A stretch of DNA of 64,000 bases from Octopus bimaculoides (GCF_001194135.2 NC_068981.1:166570544-166634543), one strand, 5' to 3'. Counted from the stretch's first letter, positions 37,362 through 50,356 are shown. Made by a program: numbers and translations. The notes: generated by a model from the sequence alone, not told the origin.

Positions 37362-38494
37362 TTAAGAGTAAATAGCCACAACTCAGCAGTATATTTTTAT
37401 AGTTACAATGTAAAATAGAATTTATAAAAATTGAATGAGTTTCTAAATCGTGAAAAGAGGTGAATTCTGAAGCTGCAGTAAGGCAATGTAAAATATTTCT
37501 TTTTCTTCTTTGTATATAGGTTCTATAATGGTTCAACTTGTGCACCTGTAAACTGTTTTGTTTCAGTTATTTAATCATCCCTTTCTTCTCAAAAATAAAT
37601 AAATATATAATAACTAAATAATAAAAAAGAAAATATTCATATGTATGTATGTGCATTTGCATGTATAAATGTATATTTATGTGTGTATGCATTAAATTTT
37701 TATATGCATATAATATTTTTGTTTAAACAAAACGAGTTTTATATTTCACCATAAAGAGTATAATATCTTTTTTCATATAATAGTTTTACTGAAAATATAT
37801 TAGTGTATGTTTTTACAAGGTGAGTTTTATTCACACAACACAAAAAAGAGAGAGAGAGAGGGAGAGGGAGAGAGAGGGAGAGAGAGAGAGAGAGAGAGAG
37901 AGTAAAGATCACATATTACTTAAAGATTCTTGTATAGAAAAATGGTTTTCATGCGAATAAATTTTATGTATTTTGTGTTGTTTGGGGAGAATCATACTGC
38001 CTTAATATGTAACACACTCACTGGTTCAATTTCCACTCATTATTTATATTTTTTCTTGCAAAATTTTTGTTGCTTTTACAACCTTGTCAATAGATGTTAA
38101 CTATCCATTATTGGAGCTGTGTTCCTAGTTTCCAATAGGTATGCTCCAATAATGGACAGAGTTAATATCCATTGACAAGGTTGCAAAAGCAATGAAAATT
38201 TTGAAAGAAAAATAATATAAATAATGAGTGGAAATTGAACCAGTGAGTGTGTTACATATAAAAGCATTAAGTCAGTATGACTCTCTCCAAACAACACAAA
38301 ATTTGCTTCCACACATGAATTCACATAATGAATCTTGCGAACCAGATAAAAAAAAAATGAAATTTTATGTATGTTGTAGTTAAAAATCACTCCACTGACC
38401 AGTCTAATTTTTACTATCATTCATCTTATCAATGTTCAAGGTGTTCTTACATTATATTTAAAGACCTTGTGTGTACTAAGATGACAAAGCAATA

Positions 38495-38612
38495 AATGAT
38501 TATCTTATGAACTCCATTAGCTTACAAGTGTTTCTGCTATGAGATGCATTAGACTCATAGTTGAGTGCTTGAGAAACAGCTGTAAGCTAATGACGTTCAT
38601 AAGATAATCATT
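38495..38612. repeat. Fold-back (MITE-like) repeat
   Basis: 41-bp arms AATGATTATCTTATGAAC..CATTAGCTTACA..TGTTTCT with 4 mismatches, plus an inner CTATGAG/CTCATAG hairpin. A partial homolog lies at 45690-45780. Confidence 0.85.
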
Positions 38613-40099
38613 CATTCCTGCTCTCTACACAACTAACACTTTGTTCTAAAATATTTGTATATTAGGTTCTATACTAGGTTATTGGTCTCACAATGCCTAA
38701 GCGAAATTATATATATACACTAGCTGAGGTATCTAACATAACATGGGTTCTGAAATTTGGCTCTTTATTATGTGAGGGAAAAAGGAGAGAACCAGTCCAG
38801 TAATAAACCTGCCTTCAAATATTAAAATCCTTCTTCTTGCACAATGCATGTATTACCAAATGAGGTAACTGGAGTTGTACTTTCAAACATAAAAGTTAAC
38901 AATCTGATTAACAGAGCATAATACCTGAATATTTTATGAGTGTAAACACATTAAATGCAAAGCAAAGAATAAATTATATTATGTTCTGCTTTCTGTAGAT
39001 TACATCATTAGTTTATTGTTATAATTTATTTCAGCCTCACTCCATACCAACATCACTGCATATAGTACCATCAACACTATGACCAAAATGTCTAGGATCA
39101 CTCTCATCACCACCACATCTAGTACCTCAATATTAGTGGATTCTCCTGTCAGGTTTGACATATGAAGGTTTAACAACCAATATTATAGCTGCTAGGCTAC
39201 CCACACAAATGATGTTTGCAGTGGCTTGTGTAGAACTAGCCACACTATTTGGAAATACTGATAGCAGAATGTTAGTGCAAATGTTTGCTACAAACTCAAT
39301 GAACAATGCATTTCAGGTTGTTCTATCTTCTGAGGTAGTTGCTTTTGCTATGGCTTAGAGTTCAACCTATCCTAGTAGGCTAAATGTGCACTTGGGCATC
39401 AAACCAGAAAATTCTAAGTCCTTGCACATTCCTTAATATTGCTACTCTGCTAAATGAACTCGAAATTAAGTCCTCCCTTAAGAGACTTAACTATAAAAAT
39501 TACATATCTAACATTAAAAAATCAAGGAAGATTCACAAAATATATTTTAGTTTGTAAGTTTAAATACAAAGTTTTTAAATTATCACAGTAATAAGCAAAG
39601 AAGAGATCACAACATTCTAGTTTCCAATGGATAAGCTCTGATTGTTTTATTGTCATGAGATAAAAATCAAAGAAGTAGCTAATTGTAATTTATTTTCTTT
39701 TTACTAGTTTAGTTAAATGAAGTGAGATGGCAACCAAAATAATTTTTTGCAGGTTTTCTGAGAGGTGGAAAGAAGAAACAGCCACGCTAGGTTATATTCT
39801 GCTTTCTCTAGATTACATCATTAGTTTAAGAAGTTCATTATAGATTTTATGAATTATCCTCAGATCAGAGACCTGATCTTTATACTAGCAATAGTGGACA
39901 CCATTAAAGGCAACCAAAGGCTGAGTGGTTGTGTTAAACCAGATGACTGGTTAAGTCTACCACTAAAAGACTGGCACAATCTATCTGACAGTGTGTATAG
40001 CTTTCATCTACTCAATTTCACTCACAGTTGATCCTTGAGAATGTTAAATAAAAAATAAAACAAATGAAAGGAAATTCATTTTAGCAGCTACTAATCAAA

Positions 40100-40345
40100 T
40101 TTCTTGCCAAATGGGATATATGATACCTGATCTCCTTGCCAAACAACTATATATCACCTTTTCTTTTTCTGATGGCTATATAATATACTTTCTTGCCAAG
40201 TAGGTGTATAATTTCTCATTTCCATGCCAAATAGGTATATAATATTATACTTCCATGCCAAATTGGTATAATATCCCACTTTGTTGCCAAATAGTTGTAT
40301 AATATCCTGCTTCCTTGCCAAATAGGTATATATGATCCCACTTCT
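40100..40345. repeat. Degenerate minisatellite, about 30 bp x 8
   Basis: The unit is approximately TTCCTTGCCAAATAGGTATATAATATCCCAC. 7 of 8 units keep TGCCAA. Confidence 0.85.
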
Positions 40346-40574
40346 TTTGAATTAGGGAGCTGAAATATCAGTGAAAGTAGATTCACTTTTGTAGATACAG
40401 CAATAATAAAAATTTGTTACTTTAGTTGAATCAAATTTCTTTTTATTCATTTATGTTTTTATACTTTTATTTTGGAGGTGTACTTGTCTGGCAAGTGATT
40501 TGATCTGAGATAGTATGTTGAAACTAAAACACTTACACAGTTCTATCGAGGAATTATGTACATTATTTACAGTA

Positions 40575-40705
40575 TTTACAATTGACGGATATTTGTCCTC
40601 ATCTTGTTTGTTGTTAACACAATGTTTTGGCTGATATACCCTCCAGCCTTCATCATGTGTCTTGGGAAAATTTCGAACCTGGGTTCTCATTCCTAAGGTA
40701 TTTTT
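40575..40705 (-). mobile_element. Penelope-like 3'-terminal fragment
   Basis: The minus strand reads CATGATGAAGGCTGGAGGGTATATCAGCCAAAACATTG, a CTGATGAAG...CGAAAC-type PLE terminal motif. Confidence 0.55.
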
Positions 40706-40950
40706 GATGATGATGATGATGACGACGATGACGACCACATCGTCGTCGTCGTTTACAGTTAGGGTTTACAGTTTACAGTTAGGGCTACGCCGAAAACGGG
40801 TGTGTGCATATTCTTTACTTCTGCCTATTTATGTACATGTATATGAAAGATAATGTATGTATGTATGTGAGAGAGACAAAGGGAGTGAGTGAGTGCCATT
40901 TGCACATACATGCAAAAAATTTCTTACATCACAACACACACCTTCACTCA

Positions 40951-40967
40951 CTCTCTCTCTTTCTCTA

Positions 40968-41000
<33 letters not shown>

Positions 41001-41017
41001 TTCTTTCTCTCTCTCTT

Positions 41018-41060
<43 letters not shown>

Positions 41061-41087
41061 TTCTTTCTCTCTCTCTCTCTCTTTCTT

Positions 41088-41136
<49 letters not shown>
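40951..41136. repeat. (CT)n/(CTTT) pyrimidine tract, about 186 bp
   Basis: Direct reading. It explains the SL-rich and ER-rich ORFs. Confidence 0.95.
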
Positions 41137-41137
<1 letters not shown>

Positions 41138-41474
41138 ACTCGCGTCCATTTTATATACATGTACATCTTACACTTTCTTCTCTCTTTTACTTTCTCCTCT
41201 CACTTCAAAGCAAATGTTGCCTTTTCACTGTATCCTCTCTTTCAATTTCTTGCTCTCTTCAAAGAATACAGAAATTAAACCAATTGCTGATCATATTGTG
41301 AAAGTGTAGCATATTTCTTTAAGATATAAGATATAAAACACATAGTCTTTATCTAAAAATTAAGATGTCCGTCAAGAGATAGTTTGCAGTTTTGTTTGGA
41401 CTGAATTCTGTAAATATCATTTGCATGCATGTAATTACACAAAAACAAAAGATAAAGTAGGATAAAGTTTTTGT

Positions 41475-41640
41475 CATTGAACTCCAGTCCAGCTCTGATC
41501 AAGCAGGCCTATGATCAAAGCTATTTCAAGGATTACCATGCCGTGTATTTTCAAACATTGTATCCATAACTACATTGTGCAAATTATCTATTTTTTTTAG
41601 ATAGTGGGTGTGTGATTTGACTGCTATTTATAACAGCTTA
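41475..41640 (+). repeat. Family D repeat
   Basis: CCAGTCCAGCTCTGATCAAGCAGGCCTATGATCAAAG..GGGTGTGTGATTTGACTGCTATT. Confidence 0.55.
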
Positions 41641-42839
41641 TGTTACCATGTAGTGGCTCTTTATTTTCTTGAAGAAAATAAAGTTGTTTGATAGCAATAA
41701 GAATGTGCTGATGATAAGGGCAAGAAATCCTTCAATTTCGTGCAACTGATTATTTATTAACAACAATGGCAAAGATTTACTGAGTTCTTCTCTAGCACCT
41801 TTGTTTGAGAGAAGTATGCTTACAATATAGCTTATTAGCAAAAATATTTGATGCCTACTTTAAAATTATTATGCTTTCATATGTGAGCAACATAAACTGA
41901 AATTTATGTCTACATTTAAAAAGAAAAATCTTTTAATGATACCATATGTTGATTCCTTTCTTTGATACAAAGAGCCAATATTGTGAGAGATAGGACCAGT
42001 ACAAACAGCCTATGTTGTCAGAGAAAGGGTTATATTCAAGTGATTCAATCCCAGAATTGAATTGAACTGTAGTGATGGCTTAGAATTCAGTGTAATTCAA
42101 AATTCAAAGTAGAATGATTATTAATCAAAATCAGAGGATTTTTATACTGTTTACTAATTCAAATCTTAATTTGCTTTAGATATAAAGGTTTAGCCATAAC
42201 ATTTAAAATAACTTCATGAAAGTGCAAATTGGGCAGTTTAGATGAAATTAATGTCCTGGGTTTAATTCACCTAGAAATTTGTTTGGTGATAAATTGTTGC
42301 ACATTTAATCACCAAGAGGAGTCTCTCTTTTTGTTGTAAATGGATATCCATGTACAGTTAGGAATTTTGCTTGGATAGAGAAATAGAGGGCTAATCTAGA
42401 CAGATCAGCCAATGTGTGTATGTGTGTGTAAAAGCGGTCAGCTTACAATAGAATTGGAAGAATGGTAAGTGGTAATTAGCTGAGTGAATTATAGAATTTT
42501 GAAATTGTAGCCAAAGTTATTGCAATCCTAATAATATATATTGATAATATACCTTAGAGAGCTGGATCTAAATATTGAATTACTGATCTGTTCATTTCCA
42601 GTTGATGCCTGCATCAGAAATATAACCTCAGAATATTGAACATGATGAAAACTGCTTGCTGTCTGTGTGAATTATAGTTTCAAAATGTAGTGTGTGTGTG
42701 TGTATGTGTGTGTGTGTATGTATTCCTACTATTGTTGTCTTATCTAAATGTAATATTGACTGAATTTAGTTTACACGTCTTCACATTTATGTTCAAATCT
42801 GTCTGGCACAGACACCTTTACTGTTTGGTCTTCCAAGGA

Positions 42840-43040
42840 CCAACTGTTGTTTTGCTCCAGGTCAAGTCTTGTCAAACAGGTTTATGATCAAAGGCATTCC
42901 AAGCTGGACCACCTAGTATTTAATTCAAACATAATGTACTTAGGACTACATTATCCCATATGTCTTCTTTTTTGAGATGATAATGAATGAGGGCAATTCG
43001 TCTTTTATTTTTATCAATTTGAGTGACCACTTAGAGGCTC
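42840..43040 (+). repeat. Family D repeat
   Basis: CTCCAGGTCAAG..TATGATCAAAGGCATTCCA..TAGGACTACATTATCC. Confidence 0.55.
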
Positions 43041-43309
43041 CTGCAATAGCTTGATAATTGCTTGTTGATAAACTGAATCACTTCTCCAATAAATGTGTGA
43101 TCTTATGCCACAAATTTATTGCGAAAGGCAGAGTGAGCTGGCAGAATCATTAGTACATTGGACAAAATTCTTAGTAGCTTTAATTAGTCCTTCATTTTTG
43201 CAGGGTTTGTAAAAATAAGTACCAGTTATAATCTAAGATTGTTTCAATTGTTTTCGCCTTTTAAAATATTCTGCTTTCTACTTGATTAAAAGTAATATTC
43301 TCTAACATG

Positions 43310-43630
43310 TACTCTTTTACTTGATCATCGAACCATGACCACACCTACTTGAAAGATTTAGTCAGTCAAATTATTTTAAGTCAGTTACTTATCTAATCAT
43401 TTTCTATTTGCCAAACCAGTAATTTACAGGACATGAGAGCTCCAGTTCTTAATCAATGCTAACACACACACACACCAGGTTTCCGCATTGTTTCCATCTA
43501 CCAAATTTCACTTGCAAGGTATTGGTTCATCTGAGCCTATAGTTGAAGATGTTTGCCCATGATGCAACACAGTGGGATTGAACCTGAAACAATGTGGTTA
43601 CAAAGCTAACTTCTTAATCACATAGCCATA
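43310..43630 (-). mobile_element. SINE family B, decayed
   Basis: TTTCCATCTACCAAATTTCAC..CAGTGGGATTGAACC..CTTCTTAATCACATAGCC. Confidence 0.65.
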
Positions 43631-43667
43631 TTCGTACCTGTATGTATAAATAACATTGTGTGTGTGT

Positions 43668-44012
43668 ATAGGTGCATGGCTCAGTGATTAGAACATTGGG
43701 CTCACAATCATGGGATAGTGAGTTTGATTCCTGGACCGGGCTGTGTATTGTGTTTTTGAACAAGACACTTTATTTCCCGTTGCTCCAGTTCACTCAGCTG
43801 TAGAAATAAGTTGCGATGTCACTGATGTCAAGCTGTACCAGCCTTTGTCTTTCCCTTGGATAATTTTGGTGATGTCGAGAGGGGAGGCTGGTATGCATGG
43901 GTGACTGTTAGTCTTTCATAAACCTTGCCTGGACTTGTGCCTCAGAGGGGAACTTTCTAGATACAATCCCATGGTCATTCATGACTGAAGGGAATCTTTA
44001 CCCTTTTACCCT
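43668..44012 (+). mobile_element. SINE family A variant
   Basis: GGTGCATGGCTCAGTGATTAG head, GAGTTTGATTCC B-box and (TTTACCC)n tail. Confidence 0.8.
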
Positions 44013-44392
44013 TACCCCTTTATATATATATATATGAAATAGAGATGTGTGTGTATTCACTTTTCGCGCGAAAATGGCTTCACTAATTGCTTCTATACTT
44101 GTGATGCATGAATAATTGTATCTCGGACACATGTTAGGCTCTTCATTTAATATTTTTATTGAAAATAAAAAAATATTGCTTTATGTATTAGATTCACGTC
44201 TTTGAAAGTTTTTAAAAATATTTACATCCGGTTTTCTAGCGTCAGTGATGTAACAACTACATTTGGCTCCATATCATAAATAAAAGAACGTTTAAATTTT
44301 TTGGAACTATGTTTTTTGTGTTTCTTTAAAGGATTTCTGTTACTAAATTTTTTGAATAATTAGGCCATTTTTTCCGGAACGTTGAATACAAC

Positions 44393-45368
44393 ATGGACAA
44401 AAAGCAAATTCGCACAATTTTCTCATTCCAGTTCAAGCTAGGCCGAAAAGCTGCTGAAACAGCTCGCGATATCAACGATGTGTTTGGCCCAGGAACCACT
44501 AATGAACGTACAGCACAATGGTGGTTCAAGAAATTTCATAGCAGTGACAAGAGTCTTGGAGATGATAAGCATAGTGGTCGGCCATCGGATGTTAACAACG
44601 ATCAACTAAGAGCGTTAGTCGAAGCCAATCCACACACAACTGTCCAAGAGCTTGCTTCTGAATTAGATTGAAAGAGATTGGAAAAACAAAAATACTTGAG
44701 AAATGGGTGCTGCACAAATTGAACGACAACCAAAGAAAATGCCGTTTTGAAGTGTCGTCTTCTCTTCTTTTACACAACAAGAATGACCCGTTTCTCGACT
44801 GGATTGTGACTTGTGATGAAAAGTGGATTCTTTATGACAACTGGCAATGCTCAGCTTCGTGGTTGGATGCCGATGAAGCTCCACAGCACTTCCCAAAGCC
44901 AAAGTTGCACCAAAAGAAGGTCATGGTGACTGTTTGGTGGTTTGCAGCTGGTCTCAGCCATCACAGCTTTTTGGATTCTGGCAAAACCATTACGGCGGAG
45001 AAGTACTGTCAGCAAATGGATGAAATGCATAAGAAACTCCAACAACAGTCAGCATTGGTCAATAGAAAAGGACCAATTCTTCTCCACGACAACGCTCGGC
45101 CGCATGTCACACAACTGACCCTGCAGAAGTTGAATGACTTGGGCTACAAAACTCTGCCTCATCTGCCATACTCACCAGACCTCTCACCTACTGACTACCA
45201 CTTTTCCAAGCATCTTGACAACCTCCTGCATGAGAAATGCTTCAAAAACCAAGCCAATGCCTTCAACGACTTCATCACCACCAGAACGCAGGATTTTTAT
45301 GCTACTGGCATAAATAAACTTGTTTCACATTGGCAAGTGTTTATTTTGATGGTGTTTATTTTGATTAA
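44393..45368 (+). pseudogene. Mariner (cecropia subfamily, Hsmar1-like) transposase pseudogene
   Basis: ATG 44393 gives MDKKQIR..QWWFKKF..SGRPS. A frameshifting deletion lies near 44668. Then [17 protein letters not shown] and [11 protein letters not shown] form an intact D,D34D triad. A second frameshift precedes the ancestral stop (..DGVYFD* at 45366-45368). Confidence 0.95.
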
Positions 45369-45417
45369 TAAAGTTTTGTTTGAGCCGTGATATGTGCAAG
45401 TGAATTTAAAGGTTAAA

Positions 45418-45445
45418 ACCCGCAAGAACTTTCTTGACAACCAAA
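45418..45445 (+). mobile_element. Mariner right TIR
   Basis: ACCCGCAAGAACTTTCTTGACAACCAAA followed by TA. No matching left TIR is recognisable upstream of the ATG. Confidence 0.8.
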
Positions 45446-45563
45446 TATATATATATCACTCACTCACTCTCTATTGTTTTCGCTTTCCTTTTACAGGCAC
45501 TATTGTTTTCACTTTCTTTAACCTGAGCAACACCAGGTATTTTTGCTAGTATGTATGTATGTA

Positions 45564-45574
<11 letters not shown>

Positions 45575-45652
<78 letters not shown>
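45575..45652. repeat. (TA)n(CA)n compound microsatellite
   Basis: Direct reading. Confidence 0.95.
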
Positions 45653-45654
<2 letters not shown>

Positions 45655-45905
45655 CATGTCTGAAGCTCCTATGAAGCTATAGGGTAATACTCAAGCATTC
45701 ATCTATGAGTGCATTGCATCTCATAGTAGAAACAACTGTAAGCTAATGAAGTTCATAATGTAGTTGTTTATTGCTTTGTTGTTTTAATTTCTTATTACCA
45801 CTCTGTACTAACTGGCACTTTATTCTGAAGCACACGTATATTGACTTCTAACACAAGGTTATTAGTATCACATTGCCTAAGCAAAACATTAAAATACATA
45901 CAACC

Positions 45906-45938
<33 letters not shown>

Positions 45939-45968
45939 ATACACACGCAACCAAAATATATGCACAAC

Positions 45969-46011
<43 letters not shown>

Positions 46012-47769
46012 TACACTATATATGTACAACCCATACATATATATCTATATTCAATTAAAACTAAAAATATAGTGCATATGGAAATTCTTTTATAAAACAA
46101 AATATAATGTTCAGTGTGATGGTGATTCTTTTATGCATTTCAAAAAAGAAAAAATTTAAATGCAGTAATTAGCTTTCTTTGCATTAATTATTTTAGCAAA
46201 GGAAACAATGCCACTGAATTCACTATTGTGATAAAAATTCTTTTGATAATCTCAAAGAAATAAATAAATAGATGAAATAAAATAAAATGAATAAATAAAT
46301 AATTTTATTCCATGCGTAGTTTAAATGAACTGTTGAGAATTCGGTGCTTGTATGCTGAACAGAGTAGCATGTCAATCAATAGGTGTTCAATGTACCTGTA
46401 TTTGTTCAGATCATAACCAGTAATAGTAGTAGTAGCAGCAACAGCAGTTGTAGTTGTTGTTACCACTGTTGCCTAATTAAGCTCTATCAATAAGGCACAC
46501 TTCTCTTAGAATGATTGCATTGATTTGTCTTCTTGTGAAAATGTGTTTAAACCAAGCCTAGTTATTGAAAACGTTTTTTTTTCTTTTCCTTTGCCTTTTT
46601 AATATTAAAATAAGGCTCATCTTGAAAGGAAAGTAATTGAAAGAAAAGGCTAATGAAAAATAACTTGGTTAATTATAATTTAAACACTGCTTTTGGTATC
46701 TTTTGTTATATTTTGGGGGCTGAGGTAGAAAATATAAATAGAAAACTGCCAAACAAACAAGCAAAAAAAAAGTAATAGTTTTTGTGTATGGTTAGAATTA
46801 ATTGAAAGTTGTAGTTGGGTTAGTTAGACTGCATGTCAGTTCATCATCATGATCATTATCATGTGTCCATTTTTCCATGCTGGCATGCATTGATTGGATG
46901 GATCTCACAGCATCTGGTTGAGGTCTGCATCATCTAGCATACACAGCAAGGGAAAAAACCATCCAACAGTGTTGTTGTATGTATCTTACAGTGTGGAGTG
47001 GGTGTATTTTAATGTCCCATTAGCAGTGGAAATGTTATCAACAACAATACTACAGAGCTTATTCAACTATGTAATAGTTCTGGTTTAGAGTTGTTGACTT
47101 TCTAGACATAACCTGCTATGCGACTTGTGAAACCAACATCTTGTTCATATATTCTATTTATTTGATATTGTTTCTATAGCTGGATGCTCTTCATATCAGC
47201 AACTACTTTACAGCACATCAGTCAGCCAGATACCTTCCCTGTGTCTTCGTGTCAGCTTGCAAAGACTCTCCAGTTCCCTCTGTATTGTGCTGAATGCCTA
47301 CAATCATCGAGGCTTTTGTTTCCAGTCCATTCTTTGATGTCAACTGTCTGCATCTTTAACAACCTCTTGCTCTCTTTCTTTCAATATTTCTTACAAGAAT
47401 AGCCATGGGTAGTGACTCATGACACATTGTATGTCCAAAATATGATAGCTTTGTGGACTTGATTCTTGACATTAGGTGTCTTTTGACTTGCAGCTTTTCT
47501 ACTACTGCTTTATTTGTTACTACAGCATTTTTACCTTATCTCGCTCAATCTGTGAAAAAGATCCATGTTTCAAAAGCTTCTACCTTCATAGCTGTGAATA
47601 TTGTTCAAGTGTCTACCCTGCACAGGAAAATTTACTTAATAGTATAGTTTACTAACCTCAGTTTTAAATGCAGTGTTATGTTTCTTAAAGTGGAGATTTC
47701 TTTTCATTTTTACAAATGTTGTTTTAGAATTATTCTTTAAATAATTTCTTCTTTACAGCATTATTTAGC

Positions 47770-47985
47770 CCTTTAGCATATACATTATTTACAAATATAA
47801 TGGCTATTATTCACATTGTTTTGAATCAATCATGCATTATCTTGTAGCTTCAAGATTTCAATAATGTGATTATTTATTTTTAAAATGACATTGTATGGTA
47901 GGTATGAAAGATCAGATCTGGTCAGTTTGACCTAAAACGCGTAGAATATTTGAGCCAGATATAGTCAGTTTAAATGCTGCAGGGC
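47770..47985. mobile_element. piggyBac-type MITE family 1, inverted relative to 26333-26552
   Basis: CCCTTTAGCAT start, an internal CATGCATTATC..ATGACATTGTA.GGTAGG..CAGATCTGG, and a decayed far end. Confidence 0.7.
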
Positions 47986-48019
47986 CAGAGAAGTGACATC
48001 TTTGGTGGGCCACTGTTGC

Positions 48020-48210
48020 TATAGAAACTCATCTCTCCATAATGCTGCTAAAACTACCAGACAGACCATTACATGGTGATATATACAGTGTAATCCTGAC
48101 ATTTGACCAGCTAACCATTGGTCATAGGTTTGCTTTTAATAGAGACAGTGATGCAGGCATTGCACCTGTTCACATTTTCCATATATGCTTATTTACTGTT
48201 CCCCATTTTG
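48020..48210 (-). pseudogene. Possible decayed piggyBac transposase fragment
   Basis: Minus frames give NKH / MENVNRCNACI / VSIKSK..LVKCQD..W, loosely matching YNKYMGGVDRCDQ..ISIRSKKW..L...D..W around the third catalytic D. It needs frameshifts and stops. Confidence 0.3.
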
Positions 48211-49479
48211 CCTCTGCAAACCACAGTCAGTTGTAGCTTATATTTTGTTACAGTCATATTTAACTGGTTGAAAGTCGTTGCCATCTCTCACTAGCAATAT
48301 TTTTTTTTTCTTTAGGCATTTCTTTTTTACTTCATATGGCTTTCACTGCTAATAACTGCAGGCTTATATATTTAAATTTTATATCATATGTTTTATGAAT
48401 AGTAAGCATCATCAGTTATAGGTTTTCAGGAGGCTAATCTGGTTCATTGTATAACCAATGGCAGAGTGACAAGAGAGTTTTAGTATAACTCAAGTGGAAT
48501 AAATATCACAAGAAAATTTTTTTTCATCATACTAGTTTATTGGCAATTTCTCACCAATGGGCATGTGTGTATGTGTGTGTGTAAAAGGAAAACAAGCAAA
48601 GAGTGGCTACTGGCATGTATTTGAGCAACAAAGATGAATAAGAGCATGTTAAATAACTTACAATTGAAATTATCTCCATTTTCAGAGAAGATAGACAAAT
48701 CATTTAGTGGCAAAATTAATACCAACTGTAATTTCAAAAAGGGGAGATAATCTCAAGAATCAAGAATTTCTCCAAAATTGACATACTTTTAAGAAAAACA
48801 TAGTTTGGTTGTTTGAAGACAAAAGAATGGTTGTCAACATGTTTCTGTCTCAATAGACATCATCTAATGTGGTTGTCCTACCTTATTTCCAGCAGTTGGG
48901 ATACTTGGACATATCACAATAAAAAAAAGAGTAGAACACATATATGTCCTACATAATTTGCATAAATGAAATGAAAATGAGCCAAAAGAAATGCTATAGT
49001 GGCCAGTAACAAGCATTTGAACAACAAACACAAGTAATGTTACATTAAGTAACATGCAAGATAAATTCTATTATTTTGTGAATTATATTTGCCCCTACAA
49101 AGGATGCACACACATATACATATATATATATAAATTATATGTATATATTTATACACATATGTACACATAACAGGCTGCCATACAGTTTCCATTTACCAAA
49201 TTTCACAAGCCATTCAACAGCCTGAGCTTATATGGTAGATAACACTTGTCCAAGGTGCAACACATTGTACTTTTGGAACAAGTGTTCTCTTCTATGCGCT
49301 TGTAAAACAAATCTCTTAACTTTTTAACCATAGAATAAATGCATATATGAATAAATGCCAGTAATATTGACACAAGTGAATCCATAGGTGCCATTATTGG
49401 TATTGTGGAAGTGATAATATACTAACAATGTGTAACGTGATTACAGGAGCTTGAATTTTGTAGGAGGAAATAATCCCAT

Positions 49480-49815
49480 GAAAAGCACCCGTACTAGTGT
49501 CACATAAGAAGCACCCATGCCAGTCTCACATAAAAACCACCTGCCCCAGTGTCACATATAAGGCACCCATGCTAGTTCCACATATAGAGTACCTGTACTG
49601 GTGCCATGTATAAAGCACCAGTACTGGTGCTTCGTATAAAGCATTGGTGCTATATAAAATGTACTCAGTACACTTTGTGAAGTGGTTGGCATTAAGAAGA
49701 GCATCCAGCTGTGGAAACCATGCCAAAACAGACAGTTGGAACCTAGTGCAGCTCTCCAGCTGACCAGCCCCTGTCAAGCTGTCCAACCCATACCAGCATG
49801 GAAAATGATGATGAC
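49480..49815 (+). mobile_element. RTE 3' tail with about seven 26-bp internal units
   Basis: (AAGCACCC.TGC.AGTG.CACATA)n followed by GTGGTTGGCATTAAGAAGAGCATCCAGC..CCAGCATGGAAAA(TGA)n. Confidence 0.75.
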
Positions 49816-50074
49816 TCTCTCTTCTAAAACAGTAAAAGTCAAAGCTGACTTTGATGGGATTCAAACTCACAAATGTAACCAAATATCGTAAAACATTTTG
49901 TCTGTCATCCACCTCTCCAGTCTGCTGAACCCCTGCCCTAACAGTGTTAATAACAATAATATATTAAATCTTTTTCTCTGTGTATTGTTGTTGTTGTTTA
50001 GCCCCAGGTCAGCCCTGATCAGGCAGAGCTCATTGTGGTTTTTTGCTTGTTTGAGTTTTGTTAGTATCTTTTAT

Positions 50075-50308
50075 CTTTTACTTGTTTCAGTCATTGGATT
50101 GCAAGCATACTGGTGTACCACTTTGAAGGGTTTTAGTCGAACAAATCAGTACTTACATTTTTTGTCTTTTTCTTTCTCTTTTTAAGTTTCATACTTCGCA
50201 CTTATTATATAAGATTCTTTTGCTTAACCACTATACTCCATGCATCTAAACAAAACAACACTTGTTGTCAAGCAGTGGCAAGACAAGAAACAGACATAAA
50301 GACACACA

Positions 50309-50356
<48 letters not shown>

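Noticed and set aside
35543-40345. 66-bp, 30-bp and 26-bp repeat arrays as CRISPR-like
   Set aside because: They are contiguous degenerate units with no unique spacers, no cas genes and a eukaryotic context. They are minisatellites or TE-internal repeats.
44668-45390. 240-aa ORF as a SETMAR orthologue or domesticated transposase
   Set aside because: There is no SET domain or splice link, the start is TTG created by a deletion, the DNA-binding domain is in another frame and the C-terminus is frameshifted. Similarity to SETMAR reflects the shared mariner subfamily.
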